A stretch of 44,419 nt of DNA from a virus. The position numbers were made by a program, and so were the translations under genes. Location: the UHGV virus genome UHGV-0307437. The stretch is one strand, 5' to 3'. Of this stretch, positions 35,473 to 43,492 are shown in pieces (position 1 is the stretch's first letter; each line of letters begins with the position of its first letter). The notes beneath the pieces are model-generated. The model did not search any database. It had not been told where the DNA came from and saw nothing but the letters and a program-made list of their open reading frames with translations.

Positions 35473-36789
35473 TTACTTTCTCCCTTCTGTATCTATAAAC
35501 TTTTGCATTGGTTTATTAAACATCATTCTATATTTACCTACTCTACCATTCCTATTTTTATTCACATTAGCCACAATAGATTTAAGGTCATCTGTATCTT
35601 GTTCTTCTTCATCTTCAATTTCTGATTTAAGAATAAGTATTTGAGAAGCGTCATTCTCTAATTGAGAACTTCCTTTAAGAGCTGTCATATCTGTACCATC
35701 AGTTTTCTTTCTGCTAAGTTGAGATAAACCTATTACCACTATTCCTAATTCTTTAGCAAGTCTTTTTAACTCTAATGATATTTCAGTTATTCTCTGAACT
35801 TCACTAGCTGCTTTATGAGAAACTAACTGAACATAATCTACAACTATGAAATCTATTTTTTTCTTAGCATTTTCTTTCTTAGTAATAGAGATAATATCTA
35901 GTAATGATTGAGCTTCATAACACATTACTAACCTATCTCCATAAGTTTTTATTTTAGATACTGCTTCATTAAATTTATTATATTCAGTCTTGGATAGATT
36001 AGAAAAGCTTTCAGAAGTCATTATCTTAGATATATTTATACTACCTTTCATTGCTATTAGCCTTCTATACATTTGAATATTATTCATTTCTAAGCTAAAG
36101 AAAATACCTCTATTTCCATTGTTTACCAATCCATCTACAATATTCATAGAAAACGAGCTTTTACCTGTTCCACTTTGTCCTGCTATCAACATCACATCAG
36201 TAGGTTCTAATAAAAACCACTCATCAAAGCTTTTTATTCCTGTTCTCATTACTTTAGTTGCATTATCATAATATTCAAACATTGACATAATGTCATCTGA
36301 AATATTATAATATTTAGTGCTAGATACAGTACCTTCAATAGCTTTAATCATACTATTCATTCTTTCTAAAGCACTCTCTGTTGTCGGTACTGTTCTAAGC
36401 TCCTCAAACTTGTTTCTAGCCCATTCTAATATCACAAGGTTTAAATACTCGACTAACATATCTTCACTAGCATTAATCTCAATTACAGAGCCTAAGAGAG
36501 ATATTACACTAATATCTTTTATCTCATTTTGACTAAAAGTAATAGGTAAATCATTATTAAACTTTTCCTCACAAATATCTAAGAACTTTCTAACATTAGT
36601 AGAGAAAAACATTCTATCTGCTTGGAAGATAAGCTTCAACTGTTTTTTACTTAGTTGATGAACTGATAATAAATTACATATTTTAAGTTCTCCCTCATTA
36701 GTCTTATTGTTTTTATATTCCTCTTTTAACTTATTTAACTGTTCTTCTTTTTTTAATTTACTAAAATCTTCAAAAGTTAATTCATTCAC
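35473..36789 (-). CDS. DnaB-like replicative helicase (RecA-fold C-terminal domain)
   Basis: Walker A GQSGTGKSS, Walker B IDFIVVDYVQL, SLE...R motifs. Confidence 0.6.
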   Translation of the reverse strand: MNELTFEDFSKLKKEEQLNKLKEEYKNNKTNEGELKICNLLSVHQLSKKQLKLIFQADRMFFSTNVRKFLDICEEKFNNDLPITFSQNEIKDISVISLLGSVIEINASEDMLVEYLNLVILEWARNKFEELRTVPTTESALERMNSMIKAIEGTVSSTKYYNISDDIMSMFEYYDNATKVMRTGIKSFDEWFLLEPTDVMLIAGQSGTGKSSFSMNIVDGLVNNGNRGIFFSLEMNNIQMYRRLIAMKGSINISKIMTSESFSNLSKTEYNKFNEAVSKIKTYGDRLVMCYEAQSLLDIISITKKENAKKKIDFIVVDYVQLVSHKAASEVQRITEISLELKRLAKELGIVVIGLSQLSRKKTDGTDMTALKGSSQLENDASQILILKSEIEDEEEQDTDDLKSIVANVNKNRNGRVGKYRMMFNKPMQKFIDTEGRK

Positions 36790-37061
36790 TTTAACAACTC
36801 CTTCTCATCATACTCGTATCTAGTTTCTTTCTTTAAAAATTTTTCATCTGGCTCAATCATTCTGAAATTGACTTTTCTTTTTATATCCTCTTTCTCATAA
36901 TCTGTATTACCCTTGAACTCATCACATACACGATTTAAAAGTCTATCATGAGCAAATCCATCACATAAAGTAAAGTTATTTTTCTTACAAACATATCCCC
37001 AATTATAACCAGCCATACCAACCATATTTTTGTAAATACAATTATAGCAACATTCTTTCAT
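36786..37061 (-). CDS. Cys-rich small protein
   Basis: Start overlaps the helicase stop in ATGA fashion. Confidence 0.4.
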   Translation of the reverse strand: MKECCYNCIYKNMVGMAGYNWGYVCKKNNFTLCDGFAHDRLLNRVCDEFKGNTDYEKEDIKRKVNFRMIEPDEKFLKKETRYEYDEKELLK

Positions 37062-37074
37062 TTTAACTTCCCCT

Positions 37075-37287
37075 TTATCTATTCTGATTTCTTCTTATTC
37101 TTCTGTTAAAAGGTTTTGGTTTAGACTTGACTTTTTGGTTATTAAGTCTTATCTTTTCATTTCTGATATGTTCCTTACACTCTTCATAATCATATTGTAC
37201 TTCATCTATAAGCTTTCTCCACTCATTATATCCATCACTTGACGCAAAAGCTTCAAGTATATCTTCTATCAATCCATTTTGATACAT
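37075..37287 (-). CDS. Hypothetical protein
   Basis: RBS present. Confidence 0.4.
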   Translation of the reverse strand: MYQNGLIEDILEAFASSDGYNEWRKLIDEVQYDYEECKEHIRNEKIRLNNQKVKSKPKPFNRRIRRNQNR

Positions 37288-37586
37288 TTAGTTTCTCCTT
37301 TTTTATTTTTTAAAAACTCTAGCACTTTTTCAGAATTACTTAATTCAAGAAAGTATATCTTATCTTGAGTTCTTATGATAATTAAAATTCCTACAATCTC
37401 AATTCTTTCAACTTCAGTAGTGAATGTTAAATCCCCAGAAATCAAATTTTGAAAAATTACTTTTTCCCCAATAACAGCTCTATCAAACTTTAAAAATTCT
37501 CCTGTAAATTTTTCAGTTGGTGCTGGTTGATACAAAAATGACTGTATTGTTTCTATTCTTTTTAATTCAACTATTATATTTTCCAT
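37269..37586 (-). CDS. Hypothetical protein
   Basis: RBS GGAGAAT. Confidence 0.4.
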   Translation of the reverse strand: MENIIVELKRIETIQSFLYQPAPTEKFTGEFLKFDRAVIGEKVIFQNLISGDLTFTTEVERIEIVGILIIIRTQDKIYFLELSNSEKVLEFLKNKKGETKCIKMD

Positions 37587-37649
37587 CTTAATATTCTCCT
37601 TTTAAATACCTCTCTCACTTTGTCATTTACCTCTAAAACCTTTTATAAA

Positions 37650-37673
37650 CTTTTAGTTGACTAATTAATCAAC
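37650..37673. promoter_or_regulatory. 24-bp near-perfect palindrome TTAGTTGACTAATTAATCAACTAA (operator or origin element)
   Basis: 11 of 12 positions are symmetric. Lies in the 270-bp intergenic region downstream of rep and upstream of the next leftward genes. Confidence 0.4.
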
Positions 37674-37855
37674 TAATATATTAAAATTGATTTTAGGTAG
37701 GTTTTATAAAGCTATAATCAATTTATGTCTTTTCTTTCTTTTTGACCGCAATTTTTTTCTTTCTTTTCTCAAAGTCTTAAGTTAGTTCTAGTAAATCATT
37801 TACTTATACTTTCCACTAACTTAATTAAGTAATAAGGTAATATGTCCATAGGACA

Positions 37856-38761
37856 TCACACTATCTCTGCTTTATCTATCTTATCTAGTATATATCTATA
37901 CTTACTGTATCTATCATCAGTTAGTGTTTCTTCTAAGAATAACTTATCTTTCTCATAGATAATGTTATTAGTATCTAGTAACATTTCTATTTTACCTATT
38001 CTATTTACAATCTTAGTATCTACTGTTATTTTTGCTTCTTTGTTATTACTTGGTATTGGATTTTCATATATTTTCTCTCTCAAGAAGTTATTAGGAAACT
38101 TAATATATCCATTCTTTACTGTATCAGTAGTCAAGTAATAGTCTGTATATCTATTTACTTTCTCTACTTGTTCATCAGATAACTTCATAAAGTGTTTCTC
38201 TGCAGTTACCTTATTACCATCAAAACAACCATATCTATTATACCAATCTTCAAACTGTTGTTTTCTTAATTGTTTGTTAGTTTCTTTTTTTGTTTTAGTT
38301 TTTTTCTTAACTTGTTCTTTATAATTTATTTCTTCTTTATGTCCGTCTGACGGACAACCCCCTGTCTTTTCAACGGACAACCCTTGTCTTTCTGACGGAC
38401 AACCCTTGATAGCATCTTCTCCTATTTTATTTATATTTTTTATTGCATAAACAGTGGAATTAAATACTTCTTTTTCTTCATCAAATCTTTGAACTCTTTT
38501 AATATAACCTTTATTTTCAAGCTCATTTAAATACTTAGCAACTGTACTTTTAGAACAGTAACATTTTTCAGCTAATTTATTTAAGCTTGGGAAAGCTACT
38601 TGATTATTATTGCAATATCTACTTAAAACTACGAACAGATAAGCTTCATAAACATTGTCGAAAACCTTTTCATCTACAACAGTATTTTCTACTTTAAAAT
38701 AAAAATCTTTTCTCTCATCAGTTATACCGAGTTGTTCTAATTGTTCTTTGGTTAAATTCAT
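37856..38761 (-). CDS. Replication initiator / replisome-organiser-like protein (wHTH N-terminus), with origin-like iterons inside the gene
   Basis: AYLFVVLSRYCNN...FPSLNKLAEKCYCSKSTVAKYLNELENKGYIKR resembles the phage replisome organiser N-terminal domain. Repeated GCPSDG peptide from DNA iterons. Confidence 0.5.
   Translation of the reverse strand: MNLTKEQLEQLGITDERKDFYFKVENTVVDEKVFDNVYEAYLFVVLSRYCNNNQVAFPSLNKLAEKCYCSKSTVAKYLNELENKGYIKRVQRFDEEKEVFNSTVYAIKNINKIGEDAIKGCPSERQGLSVEKTGGCPSDGHKEEINYKEQVKKKTKTKKETNKQLRKQQFEDWYNRYGCFDGNKVTAEKHFMKLSDEQVEKVNRYTDYYLTTDTVKNGYIKFPNNFLREKIYENPIPSNNKEAKITVDTKIVNRIGKIEMLLDTNNIIYEKDKLFLEETLTDDRYSKYRYILDKIDKAEIV
38340..38410. repeat. Origin-like iterons: palindrome GTCCGTC-T-GACGGAC plus three direct repeats of (G/A)ACGGACAACCC at 22-23-bp spacing
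   Basis: Read directly at 38348, 38371 and 38393; embedded within the rep coding sequence. Confidence 0.5.
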
Positions 38762-38762
38762 A

Positions 38763-38903
38763 CTACTTCGCTCCTTTTTTCTTTTCAGTAATTTTAATCT
38801 TAATTGTATCTCCAGCTTTTTTACCTAGTTGTTTTAACAGAAAAGCAGGGATATTTACATATGTTGCATTTCCAACTTTTACTAACTTCATTTCTAATTC
38901 CAT
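38763..38903 (-). CDS. AbrB/MazE (SpoVT-AbrB swapped-hairpin)-like small DNA-binding protein, 46 aa
   Basis: MELEMKLVKVGNATYVNIPAFLLKQLGKKAGDTIKIKI. RBS AGGAGGTG. Stop lies 1 nt before the rep ATG. Not in the ORF track because it is under 60 aa. Confidence 0.5.
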   Translation of the reverse strand: MELEMKLVKVGNATYVNIPAFLLKQLGKKAGDTIKIKITEKKKGAK

Positions 38904-38929
38904 ATTGCACCTCCTATCGTTATGAGTTG

Positions 38930-38958
38930 ATTATAACATAGTTAAAACATATTGTCAA
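38930..38958 (-). promoter_or_regulatory. Consensus minus-strand promoter TTGACA, 17-bp spacer, TATAAT for the abrB-like/rep operon
   Basis: Reverse complement reads TTGACAatatgttttaactatgtTATAAT. Confidence 0.6.
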
Positions 38959-38976
38959 TATATTTTTATAAAAAAA

Positions 38977-38999
38977 AGAGAGGTTACCCTCTCCTATGT
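38977..38999 (-). terminator. Minus-strand terminator GAGAGG-guaa-CCUCUC + U8 (reverse complement)
   Basis: Perfect 6-bp stem. On the plus strand it is preceded by A8, which is the U-run of the minus transcript. Confidence 0.5.
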
Positions 39000-39193
39000 T
39001 TCCTAGATTTTATATTAGTGGTTAAAACTGTAAGTAAAAATTGTTTAGGTACAAAGTCACAATCTTTATATTTTTTACACCTACAATATCTAACTTTGCT
39101 TATCACACTTACTACTTTTTTTCCTCTTGGATAAACTCTATATTTTACTTTACTATGATGTTTTGGTTTTTTCTTTTTATTATAAGCTCTCAT
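38984..39193 (-). CDS. Possible small, very basic (K/R-rich) protein; may be spurious
   Basis: ATG at 39193 after GAGAGGTGG. The ORF's 3' end overlaps a terminator. The listed longer ORF starts within ATGTCG repeats. Confidence 0.25.
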   Translation of the reverse strand: MRAYNKKKKPKHHSKVKYRVYPRGKKVVSVISKVRYCRCKKYKDCDFVPKQFLLTVLTTNIKSRKHRRG

Positions 39194-39207
39194 CTTCCAC
39201 CTCTCAT

Positions 39208-39239
39208 ACGACATTTTTAACGACATTATAAACGACATT
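39208..39239. repeat. Three direct ACGACATT octamers at exact 12-bp spacing (candidate protein-binding site)
   Basis: 39208, 39220 and 39232; lies in the 46-bp gap just after the 83-aa gene. Confidence 0.45.
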
Positions 39240-39491
39240 TTACTTTAAGAACTTAACATATATTCTAGCTGGAATACCTTTCTTAGTTAGTCTGATATAT
39301 CCTTTATCAACTAATGTATCAACATATCCTCTAGCAGTCTTATATAAAGTTCCTGTCTTTTTCTCAATTTCAAGATAAGAAAGCAAGTTACCATCTCTTG
39401 TAGTTTTAGTGTTAGCTTTTAACCATACATAGAATCCTAACTCCTTAAATCCTATGTTCTTAGTATCATCTTCATAAATTATTATTGACAT
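39240..39491 (-). CDS. First leftward early gene: small winged-helix-like DNA-binding protein
   Basis: RBS AGGAGGTAATT. Immediately downstream of the leftward promoter. K/R-rich C-terminus. Confidence 0.4.
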   Translation of the reverse strand: MSIIIYEDDTKNIGFKELGFYVWLKANTKTTRDGNLLSYLEIEKKTGTLYKTARGYVDTLVDKGYIRLTKKGIPARIYVKFLK

Positions 39492-39520
39492 AATTACCTC
39501 CTATAAGTTTTTATATTTTT

Positions 39521-39550
39521 ATTATATAACAGAATATGCAAAAAAGTCAA
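39521..39550 (-). promoter_or_regulatory. Leftward early promoter (TTGACT, 18-bp spacer, TATAAT)
   Basis: Reverse complement of 39521-39550. Confidence 0.5.
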
Positions 39551-39584
39551 TAATTAAAATTATGTTTTTTTATTAAAAATAGTA

Positions 39585-39613
39585 TTGACATTTATTATTA
39601 AAAATGATATGAT
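39585..39613 (+). promoter_or_regulatory. Rightward early promoter TTGACA, 17-bp spacer, TATGAT (same family as 1130, 1673, 2655, 2841)
   Basis: Conserved spacer TTTATTATTAAAAATGA. Near-palindrome ATAATTAAAATTAT between the divergent promoters. Confidence 0.55.
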
Positions 39614-39624
39614 AGTATCACGAG

Positions 39625-40161
39625 GTGGTTAATATGTATGATAAGTTTGAGAGAGAAACTGCTCTAGCGACTTATCTCATTCTACACAATGTTGATATGA
39701 CTATCAAGGTATGGGGGGATTGGATAAAACAGGAAGGTCCAGACTCTCTTAGTCCTTATCAAAAAGGTCTATTGACAAGAATGAGAGGTAATATGGATAA
39801 GATAGAAGAGATATTCAGAAGTAAGGGAATATCCAAAGAAAATAGTATTAGTTTTATCAGAAAGATAGCTGATTACTATATTGATAGTAGAGGAGAGTTC
39901 TGTTATCTATTTAAGAAAAAGTTTATAGATACACTAAACTCAACATTACCTAATAACTTATTTGGAGATTCTTTCCTAAGCTTAATGGTAGCTTACCACT
40001 ACTTAGATAGTAAACTTGTTAAGACTATTGAGAGGGTTGGTAAGTTAGAAGAGTACCAAAGGTTTAAGGTTGCTCTTGAACAGTGGGTAAAGTTCTATAA
40101 GGAAGCTAGAATAATTTATTCAGAAGAGTGGATAATAGAAATCTTGGAGGAACAATGCTAG
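39625..40161 (+). CDS. Hypothetical early protein
   Basis: RBS GAGGTGG. Confidence 0.45.
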   Translation: MVNMYDKFERETALATYLILHNVDMTIKVWGDWIKQEGPDSLSPYQKGLLTRMRGNMDKIEEIFRSKGISKENSISFIRKIADYYIDSRGEFCYLFKKKFIDTLNSTLPNNLFGDSFLSLMVAYHYLDSKLVKTIERVGKLEEYQRFKVALEQWVKFYKEARIIYSEEWIIEILEEQC

Positions 40162-40212
40162 AGTTCTTAGTAGTAACATTGATAATGGTATTAATTATGG
40201 AGGATTGATAAT

Positions 40213-40728
40213 ATGGAAAAAATGACATTATACTCAAGAGTAGCAGAACTTGAGAAATGGGAAGAATTATTTGATAGTTGTATTGATGAGGAAACAGGAG
40301 AGATAATTGATACTGATGTTTTGGAAGAGTTGAAAAATGACTTGGAGAAACAAATAGTTGAGAAGTCATCTGACGTCGTAAAATACCATAAAAACAGAGA
40401 TGGTCTAATTAATCAAGTGTCAGATGAGATTAAGAGGTTACAAGCTTTTAAAAAGGCTCTCACAAGCCGTCAAGAGAATTTTGAGAAATATATACTATAC
40501 TGTATGGAAAAATTAGGTAAAAACAAAGTAGAAACAGCTAACGGAACTATCAAGATAACTAAATCACAAGGAGTTAAAATCACTGATTATGAAAAAGTAC
40601 CAGCTAAATACATAGTGATGAAACAAGAGTTTAAGGAAGATTTAAGAGCTATTGCTAAGGCTATTAAGTCTGGAGAAGTTGTTGATGGTGCAATTTTAGA
40701 AGATAGAAAAAACATAAGTATTAAGTAA
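40213..40728 (+). CDS. Gp157-like protein (family commonly found next to phage SSAP recombinases)
   Basis: LYSRVAELEKWEELFD...DTDVLEELKNDLEKQIVEK...IKRLQAFKKAL pattern resembles Sipho_Gp157. Confidence 0.45.
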   Translation: MEKMTLYSRVAELEKWEELFDSCIDEETGEIIDTDVLEELKNDLEKQIVEKSSDVVKYHKNRDGLINQVSDEIKRLQAFKKALTSRQENFEKYILYCMEKLGKNKVETANGTIKITKSQGVKITDYEKVPAKYIVMKQEFKEDLRAIAKAIKSGEVVDGAILEDRKNISIK

Positions 40729-40737
40729 GGAGGTAAA

Positions 40738-40914
40738 ATGGAGTGCAAATTTTGTGAAAGCAAAATGAAAAATATTTGGTCTGGTGGAGATGGTTACCAC
40801 GAGCCTAGAGAAGAAGAGTGGATTTGTCCTAACTGCCATTCAAGATATGAGTGGACAGAAGGTTGTGGTGGATATTGGGAAAATAACAAAGGAGAGGAGA
40901 TTTTAGATGATTAA
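40738..40914 (+). CDS. 58-aa Zn-ribbon protein (CKFC...CPNC)
   Basis: RBS AGGAGGT. Not in the ORF track because it is under 60 aa. 3' end overlaps the next gene by 8 nt. Confidence 0.4.
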   Translation: MECKFCESKMKNIWSGGDGYHEPREEEWICPNCHSRYEWTEGCGGYWENNKGEEILDD

Positions 40915-41542
40915 GGTAGGAGATAAAGTATTGCTGAAGCAAGGTACTTGTTTAATGGGAGTTCCTGCATACTTTGATGATATATTTAAAGTTGAGTTCA
41001 TAATAGACAAAAGAGTTAAAATAGTTTCTGATGATAGAATTGTTTGGTGTTTTACTGATAATTTAATACCTTTAGAAAATCAAGTTTTAACTTTGAAAAG
41101 AGAAAAAACAGTTATTTTAGATAATGGAATGGGTGCAAGTGTTGTTATAAAAACAAATGATAACAAAGTAATAAATGTCACATTGCTAACTAAAGTAGAT
41201 GGTCCAGAAAGTCCTGGAAAAGATTATAATTTTGGAAAAATAGAAAGCTTGAATAATTTCTTAAGTTCTTTAGGATTTAAAAATACTTTCCAATTTGAGG
41301 AAGAAGAAACAGTAGCTGAAATAATGAAAGAAATGGAAATGAAGGCTAAACCTTTTGTTGTTGGAAAAGAAAATTATATAATTGTTGTAAATCACGGTAT
41401 AAAGAAAATTAGTAGAGGTAGTTTTGGTAAAGTAGCTGTGATAGGAGCTTTGTATTTTGATTATGATGTTGCCATAGATATTGCTGAAAGATTAGAAGCA
41501 GCATATGATAGAGAGGGGTGGAAAAATGGAAATAACAATTAA
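40907..41542 (+). CDS. Early protein, paralog family member A (contains SLGFK motif)
   Basis: Shares V.L.N.G....I.K ... LN.FL.SLGFK segments with 42338..42820 and 43022..43483. Confidence 0.45.
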   Translation: MIKVGDKVLLKQGTCLMGVPAYFDDIFKVEFIIDKRVKIVSDDRIVWCFTDNLIPLENQVLTLKREKTVILDNGMGASVVIKTNDNKVINVTLLTKVDGPESPGKDYNFGKIESLNNFLSSLGFKNTFQFEEEETVAEIMKEMEMKAKPFVVGKENYIIVVNHGIKKISRGSFGKVAVIGALYFDYDVAIDIAERLEAAYDREGWKNGNNN

Positions 41543-41834
41543 ATCTTTCAAAAGTAACTTACAAGGGGTAAAAGCAAGTCTATCAATAGGAATAGATGGA
41601 ATAATTTGGATAACAGGTGTAAATGTAAGAGAGGGTAAGAATGGAGATTTCTTAGCATATCCAAGTTATAAGAGTGGAGAAGAATGGAAGAGTTACATAA
41701 TGGCTAAGAAAGAGGTTACTCAAGCTATTTTAGATAATTATGATTCTAAGAAAGAGGTTAAAATAACTATTGGTACTGTTAAAAAGCAATATGATGTTGA
41801 GGAAGAAGATAGTGAGTCTGTTTTTCCATTTTAG
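41526..41834 (+). CDS. SpoVG-like protein
   Basis: MEITIKSF...SLSIGIDG...VREGKNGDFLAYPSYKSGEEWKSY...AILDNY aligns with B. subtilis SpoVG, MEVTDVRL...GNNGLFVAMPS. Likely start is M8 of the listed ORF. Confidence 0.55.
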   Translation: MEITIKSFKSNLQGVKASLSIGIDGIIWITGVNVREGKNGDFLAYPSYKSGEEWKSYIMAKKEVTQAILDNYDSKKEVKITIGTVKKQYDVEEEDSESVFPF

Positions 41835-41952
41835 GAGGATAGATGGCTAAGTTAGTTTTAGTACCTTGTGAAACTTAAGTAAAAAATAAATTAGGAAGAA
41901 TAATATATGGAGCGGGAGTTGCTTTCCTGCTCCTAAGAGTGTTAGGAGAGAT

Positions 41953-42138
41953 ATGATGAGAGTAGAAATTATAGAGAGCGGAAGTAAAGAGGATTTACAA
42001 AAACAAGTTAATACTTTCATGAACAATAGCTGGTTGGAAGTTATTGGTGTTGAATACCAAGTTTATGTAATTGGAAACACAGTAAAATATTCATGTATGG
42101 TAATTTACAATGAGGTGCAATATGAAAAAAGTAGATGA
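41953..42138 (+). CDS. Hypothetical small protein
   Basis: ORF; RBS weak. Confidence 0.3.
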   Translation: MMRVEIIESGSKEDLQKQVNTFMNNSWLEVIGVEYQVYVIGNTVKYSCMVIYNEVQYEKSR

Positions 42139-42337
42139 ATTAAAAATAGGAGAAGAATTTCAATTAGGAGATAGAAAGTTCAGAATAGAGAAAGATAAAA
42201 TAGAAACTTGTGTAGGTTGTTTTTTATTGAAAATGATATTTCTTGTGAAGAATTAAAAATTTATAGCATTTTACCACAATGCAATAGAATTAACAGAAAA
42301 GATAAAAAAGACGTGGTATTCAAGGAGGTAATAGATA

Positions 42338-42820
42338 ATGAATAAGTATTTTTTAGGCGAAGATGTAATAGAACTACAAGGTAATGGTAGAACTAGTTTT
42401 GAAGTTGAGAAAAAAGAAAATAAAATAGAAATAAAAGTTATATTCCACTGTTTACCAGGCTCAAGAATTGATGGACCACTTGCTACAAAAAAAGATGTAG
42501 TTGTAACAGTAGGTAATATTGAAGCAGCCAATGAAGTTTTGAGAAGTTTAGGAGCTAACGGAGAACTACTTTATGATGTGGAAAGTGTCTTAAAAAGAAT
42601 AGAACAACATGCTAGTGAATTTGATGAAGAACATAATTTTAGAATTACATTATGTTGCTCTGGAGATAATATAGATGGAGCTTTATTCACTAAAATAGAT
42701 GGAACATACAGAGATTTTGGAACTAAATACTTCACTGAAAATGTAGCTAGACAGTTATGTGATGAATTGACAGCAGCGGTTTTATTAACTAGAGAATTGA
42801 ATAAAAAAGAGGTGGAATAA
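42338..42820 (+). CDS. Early protein, paralog family member B
   Basis: RBS AAGGAGGT; shared motifs (see 40907). Confidence 0.45.
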   Translation: MNKYFLGEDVIELQGNGRTSFEVEKKENKIEIKVIFHCLPGSRIDGPLATKKDVVVTVGNIEAANEVLRSLGANGELLYDVESVLKRIEQHASEFDEEHNFRITLCCSGDNIDGALFTKIDGTYRDFGTKYFTENVARQLCDELTAAVLLTRELNKKEVE

Positions 42821-43008
42821 TGAGTTTTTGGTTATTTTTAAGAATAATGATAGGACTATTAGCTGGTAAAACATTTTTAAGAGAAATGCTTAACAATGAA
42901 GATTTAGACTTTGATGATTTAAAAATGTGGTTATCAATGTTAGTATTCAGAGCTATTTTAGCTTTTGTATCTTGGTGGGGATTGACACCTGTATTAGATT
43001 TGTTATAG
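42820..43008 (+). CDS. Small two-TM membrane protein (early)
   Basis: RBS AGAGGTGG. Start overlaps the upstream stop. Confidence 0.45.
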   Translation: MSFWLFLRIMIGLLAGKTFLREMLNNEDLDFDDLKMWLSMLVFRAILAFVSWWGLTPVLDLL

Positions 43009-43021
43009 GAGTTGATAAACA

Positions 43022-43483
43022 ATGAAATTGTTAGAAGTTGGAAGAGTAGAATTAGAGAACGAGCACGGAGCTAGAGCTGAAATTTATAAATCAAAAAACG
43101 TTTATGACAAAGATGTGTTTATTATGGATTTGATGATAAAAAACGAAGCTTTGCCTATACCATTTTATGAAATAGACAAGCTCAATATTTATTTAAAGTC
43201 GCTAGGTTTTAAAGATGTAATTGAAAAACCTTTCGACTTGGCTGGGTATCTTAAAAACAGTTTGCAACCTAAAGAGTTCAAGCAAGATACAAGCAATATT
43301 TATTTATACTTTTCTTATAAAGCAAATAAATGCAATTGGGGAAGTAACACAATGAAACAATCTATCGGAGAAGTATATTTCAAAGAAAATGGTAGTTTAT
43401 CTCGTATAGTCGATACATTAAATGAAAACCGAGTTACACCACAACAACTAAAAGAAGTGTATAAAAAATTAGGTTGGTTATAG
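43022..43483 (+). CDS. Early protein, paralog family member C (LKSLGFK)
   Basis: Shared motifs with 40907 and 42338. Confidence 0.45.
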   Translation: MKLLEVGRVELENEHGARAEIYKSKNVYDKDVFIMDLMIKNEALPIPFYEIDKLNIYLKSLGFKDVIEKPFDLAGYLKNSLQPKEFKQDTSNIYLYFSYKANKCNWGSNTMKQSIGEVYFKENGSLSRIVDTLNENRVTPQQLKEVYKKLGWL

Positions 43484-43492
43484 GAGAAAATT

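Noticed and set aside
42121-42255. 44-aa ORF MKKVDELKIGEEFQLGDRKFRIEKDKIETCVGCFLLKMIFLVKN overlapping the end of 41953..42138
   Set aside because: Possible real mini-gene (RBS GAGGTG). It is short, overlaps its neighbour, and cannot be supported without conservation.
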